Part shown: piece by piece, positions 1 to 12,945 of the stretch | How positions within the stretch are numbered: the first letter of the stretch is position 1 | Layout of the letters: each line of letters opens with the position of its first letter | Program-made: the position numbers and the translations under genes | Source: Octopus sinensis | Taxonomy: Eukaryota | DNA: 64,000 nt | Direction: 5' to 3' | Assembly: GCF_006345805.1 (NCBI RefSeq) | Contig: NC_043006.1 | Location: 90,706,001-90,770,000 of the forward strand | Notes under the pieces: generated by a model | Database searches by the model: none | The model's input: only the letters and a program-made list of their open reading frames with translations | What the model was told of the DNA's origin: nothing

Positions 1-970
1 TAATATGAGCTATAGTATGTCTGATTAGCAGCTAGATTCACACAAATCATAAAATTACTCAGAAGAAAATCAGTGGCTATATAACAAAGTAAACAAATAC
101 ACACACACAAAAAAAAAATGAAAAATGCAGAAGGTATTGGGTGGGGAGAACTGTACTGAAAATAGGCAATTTTAAATCTTTATTCCAAATAAAATACAAA
201 ATTGAAAAATATTGATGAAATTTGAAAATTATAAGCTAACATAGAATAGGATAAAAATGAATCTAGGAATTATTTTGTTGCACTAATGGAAGAAAATATT
301 TTAGAAATGCGTTCATGATTGTTAAAACATATGAATATTTTTATTACATTTTTCTCCCTTGAATGAGTTTCCATTAAAAAATAAAATGAATTCTTGAAGA
401 TATATTCTATCTTTGATTTATTTGGAAAGAAAATTGCATTTAAATCAATTTGAAACATTATTTATATGATATCCAAGGATACCTTTTGCTTCACTGAATT
501 GAAAAAAGAAAATGGAAAAATATAAACAAAGAAGCATGTTATTTTAATTGAAAGGTTCACCAACTTTAATTAGATAAGGTTTAAATTTTTGTATATGTAG
601 TTACATCACTCAAAATAGTTTTCTTTTGAATGAGTGCATAAATATAGTTCTTGAATTTGCAAGAGGTTTCTACTTTTTTCATATTCAGAGTGCAGAATAC
701 ATGGAGCAGAAAAGCTAAAAATATGGATTTGAGCTCATTGAGCTGTGTAAATGAATATGCAACAATACTTCAGGATAAGACTGTCTTCAGTAAAAGCAGT
801 CTATTAAGATATTCTAATTTTTGCATCAAGTGGGATTCTTTGCTGATTTATTACATGCAAAGTAATGATTTGTAGTTAATGTCGCGAGCTAAGAAATTTC
901 CTTAATTCAAGTGTTATAGTTCAATACATCAACCTAATCCTTAGGAAAGTAACTAAGTAATAATGCGTTT

Positions 971-1055
971 AAATTTTGGCACAAGGCCAGCAAATTTGCA
1001 GGAGTTGGTAAGCTGATTACATTGACCCCAGTGCTCAACAGGTACTTATAGACCC
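971..1055 (-). mobile_element. SINE 3' fragment (family A, Meta-domain-like), antisense
   Basis: Reverse complement of the family-A 3' half (ggcacaaggccagcaaattt...gattacattgaccccagtgctcaacaggtactta) seen intact at 22360-22580. Confidence 0.75.
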
Positions 1056-1070
1056 AACCCTAACCCTATT

Positions 1071-1270
1071 AAGGCAGCGAGCTGGCAGAATTGTTAGTAT
1101 GCTGAATGAAATGCTTAGCAGTATTTCTCCCATTGCTATGTTTTGTGTTCAAATTCTGCCGAGGTCACTTTTGTCTTTCTTCCTTTAGGGTTCAATAAAT
1201 TAAGTAATATAATCGACTTGTCACTTCCCCACAAATTTGAGGCGTTGTGCCTCCAGTAGAAAGGATTATT
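1071..1270 (+). mobile_element. tRNA-derived SINE, family A (Meta-domain-like)
   Basis: Head aaggcagcgagctggcagaattgttag, B-box-like gttcaaattc, core gtctttcttcctttagggttcaataaattaagta, tail gtagaaaggattatt. Aligns by eye to 22360-22580 and to the reverse complement of 53885-54118. Confidence 0.8.
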
Positions 1271-1284
1271 ATTTGAGGAAAACT

Positions 1285-1870
1285 CTCAGATTATTTTGCT
1301 GGGTATGATGGAAAGTGTATGCTGTCCATAGCCAGCAGACTAAGGTGACACTTCTTTATTGGTCATGCTTCAAGAACTCTGCAAAGAATTCTTCCAGTTC
1401 CAAGCAATGCTGTTCTTTGTAGGTGTTCTTTCTTTATATTTGTACCAGTCTTTTTTTGAACCATGTTGGTAGTTGAGTGCTAATATTTCTGAGTGCCCCA
1501 GTTACTATTGGTATTATGTCTACTCTCCTCGTTGCAAGTGCTCCACCCTTATTGCAGCTGCTATTTGTTCCACATACTTCTCAAGATTTTTGCTCAGTTC
1601 CCAGGACTCTGACAATTATTGGTACTACTGCTACCGTTTTCATTGACCACAACTGTTTAACTTCTCAATTCAACCTGTCATATCTCTCAACTTTTTTTTC
1701 TTCCTTATCACATACCTTGTTGTCAGCTGGGCATGCTATATCTATGATCCAGCATAGTCTGTTTCCTTTCTCAATTAAGACTATGTCCAGCTTCCTATTC
1801 TCTATCTCATAGTCGCACTGAATCATAAAATCCCATAGGATCTTTGCATTTCCATTTTCGATGATGCACA
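1285..1870 (-). mobile_element. 3' end of an RLE-bearing non-LTR retrotransposon (R2 superfamily, R4/Dong-like), degenerate
   Basis: Minus-strand translation ENGNAKILWDFMIQCDYEIENRKLDIVLIEKGNRLCWIIDIACPADNKVCDKEEKKVERY...EHLQRTALLGTGRILCRVLEA* matches the restriction-like endonuclease C-terminus (KILWDF.IQ.D...RKPDIV...IID). Stop at 1363-1365. Confidence 0.85.
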
Positions 1871-4800
1871 TGCTGCAGATAATTTGTTGTAAGTTAATCG
1901 GGGAAAGGAAAGACAGTGCTCTTAATCTTTTCAGGCCCTTCCTTATTGGTCTGGTTGATGCATTCAGTACAGAAAAAAAATGGTTTGAGGAGGGCTAAGC
2001 ATTCTGATTTTTATGCATACAACAGAGGAAACTTTACTAAAGGCACCAAAGGATCGGATGAGTGGCATGGGTATATCAAGATGTGTATATTTTTAAATTA
2101 CCATAAAACCGACAGCCATTAGATATAAGTTGGAAATGACGTTGATAAAAGATTCTTCATCTACTCAGCATAAGAAATAATTGCGCTTCACCAGCCAATT
2201 CTGCACTCCAATTTTGATTCTTCTTAGTAATTATTTTGTACACAAATATCTCTAATATGCTTGAAACAGATTTGAGCATCATACAATTTCATCTTTCAAT
2301 GTATATACATATGTAACGCATTGCATTTATGTAGATGATTTATACCTGTCAGAATAAAGATTTGTTTTGCCTTAACCACATTCTGAACATTAAACTAGTT
2401 GATTGCAGGTAAATGAAGTATCTAATGCATCAATATTTAAGTTAGTATTCAGCCTGACTTGTAAACTAGAATGATTATCTGAAGCTTGTGATCAGTGTGA
2501 GAGAGAATCTCAGTTAAGTAGTGCACATCAATGAATATTTGCATCTAAGCACAGTGAATTAAAGTTGCAATGGATTCATTTAGGAATAACTATTGGCTCT
2601 GATGGTGAAGTCTTTCCAAAGGTGAGGAATTGACTAGTTATGTATAAAACATACAATTTTATAGTAAAGAAACTTTGTAGGGTTAAAATCCCAAATAAAA
2701 GTTGGAGAATGCTTCTGTGACGATCAGAAGATACCCACATTGACTTTTGATTTCTTTTGCTTTAATCTAATCAAAAGCACATGCTATCTCATCAGACTGT
2801 AAACAGTCATCTAGTGTTGGTATAAGCTAGATTAAAGAGACTCTAGTTTAAATGGCTAAGCATTAACTGAGTGACATGTACGTTTCCATAGCATGGGTTC
2901 AGCAATAGAATAATTATAAAGAGAGTTGGTAGTGGCCATGATTATGGAGGTCATGACAGTGTTATCAGCGAAGGAGAGCCTAAAATATTTTTTAGTTTGC
3001 TTCCACACAGCACTATTAACTATTTATATGGATAAGAAATACTGGATACAAAATTGCTTTGAGTTGGCAGTGGGGAAAATGTATATGGGAAGGTTTAAAA
3101 TTGCTATTTTATTCAGAGCTGATACAATGTAGTATCATCTCATGGTTTTCTAAATTCATGATAGCAAAGTACATTTGGAAATGATGAAAATTTATCATTT
3201 AATTGATCTTTTAGCAATTTAGTTTCTTGTATTATTACCTCTATGAGCCACAAATAGCAGGAGGTAGATCTACTCTATGTATGACCAAGGAAATAAGTCA
3301 CAATGGCTGTTCACTGCTGTAAACACAATGAGATGTTCACTAATATAAACAGTGATAACGCTTGATTATTTCTCAGTAAACATTTCTAAAATCTTAGTTT
3401 CACACCTTAATTCAAATTACCGTACTTACTTGCCTATAATGTATAAAATTTGATACAAATGAAATTAGGGTCAGAATAGGGAGTAGCAGGGAGCGTTATA
3501 CTTGAATATAAAAAGAAAAACTTAATGCAACAACAAACCTATAAAAAAGAAGATACTGGATATGATAGCCTTCAGCCAACTAACATATATGTATGTTTAT
3601 ACTTAATCGCCTGCAGCTATGAAGTACTGTATGTGTAGCGAATACATCCAATAGCAATTGTTAATTCTGTTATCATGCTTCTGGTGTATGGCTATACACT
3701 TCATTGTTTAAAAGTGATTATTCAATTTAAAAGAATTCTGTTTAAAATATGGAAGTTACATTACTGCTGAAAAGTTTTCTGTTTTAATGTGTAATATAAG
3801 TAGTACCATAGAGGAGGAATATATCAACATTGTATAGGTCTCATGGTGTGCCACATGTCAGATGACAGATTAATCACAATCAAAACTGAGAATAGTAGGC
3901 TTGGCCTAGTTTGCTGGTCCATACCCAGTGTAGTATGGCATTCACTTCCAACTGACTGTCCCAGGTACAGAACAAGGTTTTGATAGCAAGATTTCCTTTT
4001 CTTTCATAGAATCTGGTGGCTTGGAAGCACCCACAATGGTTCGTGAAGACGTTTACTCTGGTGTCAAGGTGTTAGTGTGCTAAAGGAATTTTGATTCCCT
4101 GTTTATTAATTAACAAAGTCATTATGTTCTTTAATTTTAAGACTTCTATTTTTATTTTTAAATGATTATTCCATGATATTTCTTTTCAATTCTTAGCTGT
4201 TGGTTTTAGATAAATTAGTTGAAAATTATGTAAAATTATTTAGCTGTTAAATAAGTCAGTGGCAGACATTCACACATTTCCAGGTAATTCCACATTTGAA
4301 ATTTGTATTCATTGTTTGATTTCATACTTCAGTTATATGATTGGCTTTTCTATAATTCTGTTATTGCAAAATATTTATGACTATTATATTAGCATTTAAG
4401 TAGTTTTTCAGTTTTGTGTCACTATTAAAAAGTCAAGAGAAAATACTTAATTCAAATATCATTGAAAAATAATAATTTACCTTCTAGGCATTAACTTGAT
4501 TCAATTTATCAATAAAATTACAAGCAATAAATGTTGGTTAGCTTTTAAGCTTCAAATTTTTAATGGACCTAATAAACAACCATCAAAAACAAATGAATGA
4601 TTTTTAAGATATTTTGTTTCAAGATTAAGTCACTTCCTATATGATCAGTATCTTGAAGATGTGAAAGTTGAAACATCAGTTTACATTACTTAATAAATTG
4701 GCTTGAATTACACTAAACAGTGTTAACAAGTCTTCTCTGCACTAAGTATGTAATACTATATGTCTGTTTCTCTGTGTGACCTTACAGCCAAACAGATAAT

Positions 4801-5301
4801 GATAATAGTTATAACCTTTTATATTCTTTGAATAATTTAGTGCACAACCCTCAGATTAATAATTTGTAAGAAAAGAACATTACCAAGGACCTTGAGAAAG
4901 TCATCCACTATCACACCATGAAAGCCATTTGCTAACCATTTGAATGTTTACAAGATAGCTGCCTGTGTAGCGAATGATGTTTTGATGTATCATATAGTTT
5001 GCAAGCTTTCTCATCTTTCAAAACATAGCCAATGCCTCTGGTTCTTACCAAGAAAGTCTGTACTGCTTTTGTAGAATCTTCCTATTGGAAGCATCACTCT
5101 TGCAGATAAAATCAGTGTATTTACTGTTCATTTTCTTTCCAATTGCAAACACAATAAAAGTCCCCTGAAATTCTTCTTCTTCCATTCTATTTTTTCCCCT
5201 ACTTGTATAAACTTCCCTGATTGCTGCAACTAAATTACAGTGTTTCTTTAATCTTCAAACATTACACTTCAGAATTTATTCAGTGACCAAGGTTTTTATA
5301 G

Positions 5302-5467
5302 ACTTGGCTTTGATCATGTTCAAGTGGTCTCTCATTCTTGAGGACTTTGGGCAGCATGCAACTGAAATCTTATCATCACTAACAAAAAATGAAAAACGGC
5401 TGGTACATGCAAGCAAATATACCTTGGTAGAATGTGTTATGCTTTTGCTAATTGTTTTAGCTGCCTT
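5302..5467 (+). CDS. Candidate internal exon of an unidentified host gene (unverified)
   Basis: tttttatag acceptor and TT|gtgagt donor; only one frame open (DLALIMFKWSLILEDFGQHATEILSSLTKNEKRLVHASKYTLVECVMLLLIVLAAL). No homology recognised. Confidence 0.3.
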
Positions 5468-5609
5468 GTGAGTAGACATGAACATCTCAGCCCTCCTTTT
5501 ATGACTCGGTAAAGCATCCAGGAAGTGAAAACTGAAAGGAGAGAATGCATTGCTTTGGCACTTGACTGGTGCACATTCCCCTTGAGTAGACTGGAATAAT
5601 TATCATTAA

Positions 5610-5745
5610 CATCATCATCATCGTTTAACGTCCGTTTTCCATGCTGGCATAAATTCTTGCTCAAGGACACATTCTAAGCAATCTAGAAATCGAATGCACA
5701 TTATGATCATGAGCCCAACGCCCTAACTACTAGGTTACATATCAT
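5610..5745 (-). mobile_element. RTE-type tail fragment with (ATG)n, abutting a SINE head fragment
   Basis: catcatcatcatcgtttaacgtccgttttccatgctggcat is the reverse complement of the tail at 33860-33912 and 41095-41125; followed by cttgctcaaggacac..., a reversed SINE head. Confidence 0.7.
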
Positions 5746-6099
5746 CACTATCATTGCTTCAAATACAATTGCTCACAATCTGATAATTTTTCCATGATAT
5801 CCTGACACACATAGCTTCACAAAAGTACACCCAAATGACTAAGGTTGAGAAAATACTCCAGCTCTTTTGAATTGCTGTTTACATATCTCACGTCTGATCC
5901 ACATCAGGGCTGCTCTGTTGGTACTCTCAAATTCAACCTCTTTTAGAGTGTTTGTGATGGCCCTACTGTTACAAGTACAAGCAGCTCAGTCATCAATGTC
6001 AATCTCACTTGTCTGGAAAAACTTCAACGGACATGGCACTGTTACATATTCCTTTCAATTAAATATGAGTGAATATTTATATGTTATATGCATGTGGTT

Positions 6100-6410
6100 T
6101 CAGGCACGGCTTAGTGGCTAAGGAGTTTACTGTATAACTATGAGGCCCCAAGTTCAATCCCACTACATAGCAGGTTGGATAAGTGTCTTTTACCTCAATC
6201 TTTGATTGATCTATGAGAAACTGTCTCTCAACATTGGTTATCTCAGTAATTCAGCGGGATGGCCTGGTTACAAACTGTTTCTTGCTGATTCTGCCCATGA
6301 TTTATATCAAAGGCACAAGTGTCTGAGGAATACTGAACAGTTACTCTATAATTCTATGAGTTGGTTGCTCAGTTGATTGACCAACTGGAATTTTCCTCAC
6401 TGAAACTGAA
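6100..6410 (+). mobile_element. Old tRNA-derived SINE
   Basis: A-box-like ggcttagtggctaagg, B-box-like aagttcaatccc, then ggataagtgtctttt resembling the CORE-like segment of family B. Confidence 0.6.
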
Positions 6411-6735
6411 AAGAGGGTCCATTTACATAAATATATGTGTTTGTGTGTATACATGTATGTGTATGCTTATAAAATAGAGTGAGATGAGATTACTATGGAG
6501 CATATGAATTGTGCATGAAAATGTTTATTTAGTCTTACTCTAAATATAACTTTCCACTTACAGCAGGAGAGAGAAAACATTTCAGCTGGGTTACTGCACC
6601 CAGAACTATTGAGGCTCTCCTGATAGGTTGCATCTATCTTTTGTTATTTCTAGATTAAATCATTTAGTGGGTTAGAGGTGAAAATATGTGTTTCGAGTAA
6701 AATTATTTAAAACACTATATGTATTTATTTATGCA

Positions 6736-7530
6736 CTAGCAGCATAGCCCGGCGTTGCCCGGGTATGTAAGAGCCCCTAGTAGGCAACGACTAATCCCAA
6801 TCTAGTCCTTTCCCTCTAGGGAACGAAGGTGCATGTGTAGGTTGCAATGTCTTCTCTTCACTCGAATACTTCTGTGTATACGATGTTCCTAGCTGGGCGA
6901 TAAAAAGGTCGAGTTGCGTCCCTTAGACAGTCTGTGGTTTGTGTTTAATACACAAATCGGTTTGCTATGTGTGTCACATATGATTTAATTAATTGATTTT
7001 TTTCCAGTAATAAAGTATCCTATTGGAATAAAAAGGGCCATATAGCTCCTTGGAGCAGATATGATGCTCGCTGTGAATTTAAAAAAAAATTCCTGCCAAT
7101 TTGTGAAAGATATTGTCGAAAATATGTCATCTTGAATTTGAATGCGATTTCCCAAAATGGCATGATTTTATCGATTTTTTCTGATGGTAAGGTATTGCAT
7201 GAAACACTAACGTCAGAATTAAGTTTCTTAGGGTAACATTAAGCTTCACCATGAGTTTGGTGAAAATCGATTGCAACTTGTGAAAACTACAACAGAAAAT
7301 GTGTTGCATATAAAAGGCTTAGATTCTCGAGCCCATGTCGAATTTATCAATTTTTTTCAGAACTGGGGAAACTTTTCAAAATTTTCGCTGCGTTAGTTTT
7401 GAATTATGACATTGGGCTATGTGTGTGTGTCAAGTTTTATCAGAATCGGTTGAAAGCCGTGGTCAGGGTGAGGGTACAACCTGACAGACAGACACACAGA
7501 CAGACAAACTGCTGTTTATATAGAGAGAGA
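6736..7530 (-). mobile_element. Non-autonomous Helitron, 795 bp, both ends intact
   Basis: On the minus strand the 5' end is A|TCTCTCTCTATATA and the 3' end is CTAG|T (AT target, no TSD). GC-rich hairpin cccgg-cgttgc-ccggg at 6748-6763 lies 8 nt inside the CTAG. No ORF. Confidence 0.88.
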
Positions 7531-8294
7531 TAAGTGTATATCATCATCATCATTATCATCATTTTACAAGTTCTCTATAGATACATATGTGCAAGCATAG
7601 ATGTTTGTTTGTGAGTGTGTGTGTGTGTGCATTTTGTGTCAGTGTGTGGTGTTTGTGCAAGTGTTTGTCTCTACATGTATATTTTTTCACTTATTGTAAA
7701 CAAGGCCTTCATTACTGCTATCACTTATTTTTAGTGCACAATGTCAGCATGTATGGACGTCTTGACATACTTCTTTATAAACAAAAGCTCATTCATATGG
7801 TGTTTTTATTTCCAGTTCTCCATATAAATATGACCAGGGTTTTGCTGTTCATTACACTAGATGTATGTGTGTGTCTATGCCTGCCTGTATTTGTATGCAC
7901 ATGTTAAATACATGCACACATATCCATAAATGCATATATATATGTATATGTATTTCTGGATACACACACACACACACACACACACATAATTGTATATATA
8001 TATATATGTATGTGTGTACATTTATGTATGTACTTACATATAAATGTATGTATCGGTAGCTAGACACATACACTTACTGCACATATTAATATACATATAT
8101 ATACAATAGGAGATTATTAGCTCACTTGGAAAGAAATGGGGGTTGGTGACAAGAAGGGCATCTAGCAATAGACAACTTTGGCACATTATATTTCTTGTGT
8201 GACTCATGTAAGCATGGGTAAATAGATGCTGAAACATGATAGTGATGATGATGATATGATGCATATATAAATACAAATACATACATCAAACAAC

Positions 8295-8540
8295 AAATGG
8301 TCCTCCATGAGCCATAGGCTAATAGTGCCAATTTCCTGAATTTTGTGGCGTGTATATTTAACCCTGGATGGGATGCTGGTCTGTCACATGATTATTCATT
8401 TTTTCCAGAGGAGTGGACTTGGCCAGTGTGAAATGAGGTTTTTTGCTTGAGAATTCAATGCAGTGACAGTCCAGGAATCAAAACCACAATCATACGATCA
8501 GGAGTGCAACATCCTAGCCACTATGTCATGTGCCTCCACA
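8295..8540 (-). mobile_element. Old tRNA-derived SINE related to family C
   Basis: Reversed head (ggaatcaaaaccacaatcatacgatcaggagtgcaacatcctagccactatgtcatgtgcc) and gtgaaatgaggttttttgcttgagaa resemble 15700-15807. Confidence 0.6.
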
Positions 8541-8902
8541 TATACATATGCGTGTGTGTGTGTGTGTGTGTGTGTGCGTGTGCGTGTGTGCGTGCGTGCC
8601 TTGCAAGCAACTTACTGTTTTTTTTTTGTTTTTTTTTTGGCAGTTGTGCTAAATGGGATTTGTTATCTGCATACAAATTCTAGTTTTGTTACATTTTATT
8701 GTTACACATATATTCTTCTGAAGTCAATAACAGCAACACATTAGTATGCTGCTGCATATGAGAGAAACCTAACAAATATTTCAAAGTATTTTATTGGCTT
8801 CTTCACTGGAAAGAGAACTTAGTGCACTGGTATTTTTACACTTATTTGGAGATATGTATTGTTTAATTATTTAGAAATGTCATTTACATATGTAATTTTC
8901 AG

Positions 8903-8985
8903 CACTGCTACAGAGATGCCTGGAGTTGATAGGAATCAAAGACAGCCTTAAGGATATTCTGCTTGCTATCTTCAACAGTCTATAG
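8903..8985 (+). CDS. Candidate terminal exon (unverified)
   Basis: gtaattttcag acceptor, frame (A)LLQRCLELIGIKDSLKDILLAIFNSL*, followed by non-repetitive AT-rich sequence with AATAAA near 9677. No homology recognised. Confidence 0.2.
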
Positions 8986-11900
8986 AGCAGAAGTGCATTG
9001 TTGAGATGTGTAGTCTAAATCAAATTTTGTTAGAGCAAAAATATAAATTTTGCATGATAAGCTGTATGTTGTTCAAATTCTCTTAACATTGCCAATAGTG
9101 TAAAGCTGATTCTGCAATAGTTCAGTGTTCCTATGCTCATCAGGTGTAATTTTTTGAGTGAGGTGTATTTCTGATCATTGGTTGTGATTTTTTTGCATTG
9201 AGCAAAAGTAACAATTGTATTGGATCATTGTTTTAATATTTTAACATTTCCGTTGGTGTTATATTTTCTTGATATCTTAAAGTGTCTTATAAACAGGCTA
9301 CTCTCTTACTGTTCTCTTAACCCTTATAAGGATTTGATAAGTTTGCTCTTATCACATTATTATTATCTTTTGTCTACACTGATATGTAAAATTGATCATT
9401 ACTTTAAAAATTCAAGTTCTTTTCAATGTGGTTTCATTTCACCTATCCTAAAACTGACCTGATTACTCTGATTACTTGTTATTATATTTACACTAATTCT
9501 ACATACTGACTTTCAAATTGTTTTGTATGTGTATATTAGTTTTTAATTTGAAAATTCTACAAATATCATGATTTTCTGTATATTATCTTTTAGAGTAAAC
9601 ACATACAATATCCATAGCTAGACTATGTTTCAATTGATTCAAATAAGGGTTAAGAATATCACTACACTAGTTTAGTAATAAAGATTCCTGATTGAAATCC
9701 TGTATTTTGCAGTTTCCAATGAATAAAAGGATTAGTAAAATTTTTTTATGTTTATGCTATTTTGACAACAGCACTGGTGCCAAGCTGTGTTGGCCCTAGA
9801 TTGGCAATATTTTCTTTGGATAACATTGGTGGCATGATGAGTAGAGACTTGCCTACACAAAGGCAACTACCATTCTTCCACAAAAACCTCATCCAGACCT
9901 GCACATATGATGCAGAAAATGATCAAAGTTGATTGGCATAGGCCTCACATAGATGCTATTTTGACTTTGATATGAATCTTTTGATATAAGTGAAAAGGAG
10001 AGAATGATTGCAAACATGAACTTTTTAGCATATTATATTCATTTTTACAAATGTATTGCATAAAATAAGGGAAATTAAAGCTGTTCAGAAATTATTTTAA
10101 GTATTGGGTGCATTTTTGCACTTCACATATCTTTCCATTTTATAAACACTTTGATTGAAAAATAATATAAAACAAAGGTGGCCAAATTCAGCTGTACTAT
10201 TTTATAAGTCTCAGGAAAAAAAACAAAAAAACAAAAAAAAAAAACAAATGATAAAATCTTTGATATTAATAGAAAATTCAAAATGATTTTTTTTACTCTC
10301 GTACAATCTTCGGAGGATATAGTTTTAATAAAATTCAGTTTAGTTGTGATTTTATTTACCTATTTAATTTTAAATTCTTTTTCCTTATCTTAAAATATTT
10401 ACAAGTGGATGGGCAAATATATTCAATATTTCTTTTCCATTTTGAACAAGAAATAATTTTTTGTTTATTTTGGAAATAAAAATTGTTTTTCTTACTTTTT
10501 GTTATTATTATTCAAAGAGAAAAGAAAAAAATATATATACATTTTACATTTCTGTATGTAAATATTGATTTGAAAAATTAGAATTAGAAACGGGCTGTCC
10601 TTTGTAATTTAGATTCTGCTCACTGGGTTACTCTCTGAAGCATAAATATGAATATTTATGCTCACTCAACTTTTATTTTTCTATTTTATTTTTTTCATTT
10701 TTACCTCTTCCAACTTTCTTATGTTTTCCCAATTTTAAATCTTAAATTTGTTCCTTGCTTTTATGCCTTTTATATTCTATAATTAGTTTTATTCTTTTAC
10801 TAATAAGAACTGCTCTTTGGTGATATAAAACTTGAAGAAATGTAATAGTCCAATATGTCTGTAAAAGATTAACAGCATAAGGCTTTTACATCATTGAACA
10901 TTAAGGAATTATAAAATTGCTGACAAAATGTTTTGTATATGTAGAATAATTGTTAATAAGACAAGATGTGTTGAATACCAAGTGATTGAAACTCCTTAGA
11001 TTTGCTCGTTTATTTTAATAAATACAAACCAGTTCTATGTGAGAAATTTCATAGTTTATATAAGCAAAAAAATAAATGATCATCAACAAACTCATAAACT
11101 TTATGAGCTTTATTTATTTATTAATTTCTTTGTATTGATCCTAAATGATTAAGATGAGAATGATTTGCTTTTCTCGGTTCATGTAACTTTGTTCTTGTAA
11201 TTCTTTTAACCCTATATCACCTAAATTATCAAGATGCAGCAAAAATTTATTTCTTGGCATTTTACTGCTTATTTAAAGGTAGGGAGTATACATGTCTGAA
11301 ATGAAAAATATATATATAAAAAAATAGCACACATACAGGATCGAAATATAAATTAAATACCAAAAATTCAAAATAATAACAGAATAACTATTAACAATAG
11401 ACATTGTAGAGTTAATTAATGACAGTTCTTCTCTTAATTAAAATCAAATAGAATATTTTTTAAATTTTTATTTCATGCATAGTTTCTAAATTTAAAGTTT
11501 CTTTTTTTTTATAATGTTGCAGTCTTTAATTGTAATAATGATATTTTTAAAAATATCTTTTTGTGAAACATTTTATTTCCAAAATTGCAGTGCATATAAA
11601 TGATAAACTTATATCCATTTTCTCCTCATTATTTTCTTGTCTTGTTTATTTCTAAATTGTATTGACTAAAGTCATATATAAAAATGAAGTTAAACCCCAA
11701 TCACTTTCATTAATAATATGCTCTCTTATATATTTGGTGTATACAGATTAATAAAATCTGCAAGTTTAAATTGCTTAAAATATACTGACACTTGAATATG
11801 TCGATACTTAGATTGTAAATCAATAACATTAACATGTTTTGCAGGTGTATAACTTGTTTCGATGTGTGAGGAAACATCTGTGATCTTGAATGCTTTCTTC

Positions 11901-12614
11901 ATTGGTCATATATCTTAATATAATGATTGCTCTCTCAGTATCAAATTCTTGACCCCTTTCATATGGAATTGAAACATATATTCATAAGTTAACAAGTGTG
12001 AACACTTGCACATTATTAATAATAAGGTTATATCTAATCTTTTTATATTTTCAGATTTTAAACAAACTAAATGTATTGATTCCATTAGACAAAAGAATTG
12101 ATCCTATTTGCTAATGGAAATGTTTCAGTCAATTTAAAATAAAATTTCTTTCAAAATTCCAAATTTAAGTATAGAATGGCGAAACACTTTCAATGAAATA
12201 TTTTACATTGTATATGAGCATAAGTGGGTATTTGTACATATTTACCCCTTTTATTTGGTCGTTGTGTTTCATTGTTCTACCAAAGTTTCTTTCTGAAAAT
12301 CATAAAGAAGTCAGTCTGGAAATATAACCATTTTATGCTTAGTTTTATAATTTTTCAAAATATTTATGACTTTTTCAATTTTATATTTCTTTTCTTTTAT
12401 TACATAAAAGAACCTTGTTCTTAGGAATGTATATTGCTATTCCACTGTAATTTCAAACTTTTGCTTTCAGTATTTCTGACATTTATTCATCGAAACTTCT
12501 TACAATGTAAAATTTTTGCTTAAAGACGTATAAATACAGGTTTCTGTAGACAATGATTTAAAAATAATATTTTCTATATTTCTGTTTCCAAGAGTAACTG
12601 TTTCTTAATACTAT

Positions 12615-12800
12615 TTAACCCCAGGTCAATCTGTTTTACTTTTGACCATACTGCACTTTATCATAAACATAGTGCTATCCAGCACTATTATTATCCAAAG
12701 TATCCTTCCTTTGTGACTTGAGGGAGATCTAGATGACATTCCTAGCATGCCCAATGACCTTGTAGAGGTTCCTGTGTTAGCTCATCTAAGAGTCATCAGG
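12615..12800 (+). repeat. Unclassified dispersed repeat, family D
   Basis: tttaaccccaggtcaatctg...tgacttgagggagatctagatgacattcctagcatg...gaggttcc; related copies at about 14900-14985 (-), 39440-39520 (-), 51575-51760 (+) and 55696-55900 (+). Confidence 0.55.
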
Positions 12801-12899
12801 CTTTATCATGTAAACTTATGATCAAAGGCATTCCAACTCTGACAATCACATCTCATTTTAGACATTTAAATGTATCTAGAAGTACATTATCCAATGTGT

Positions 12900-12945
<46 letters not shown>

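Noticed and set aside
4880-5250. Minus-strand frame MEEEEFQGTFIVFAIGKK...QYRLS with a TG|gtaaga donor
   Set aside because: Poor acceptor, competing frames look equally protein-like, no homology recognised, and no consistent partner exons.
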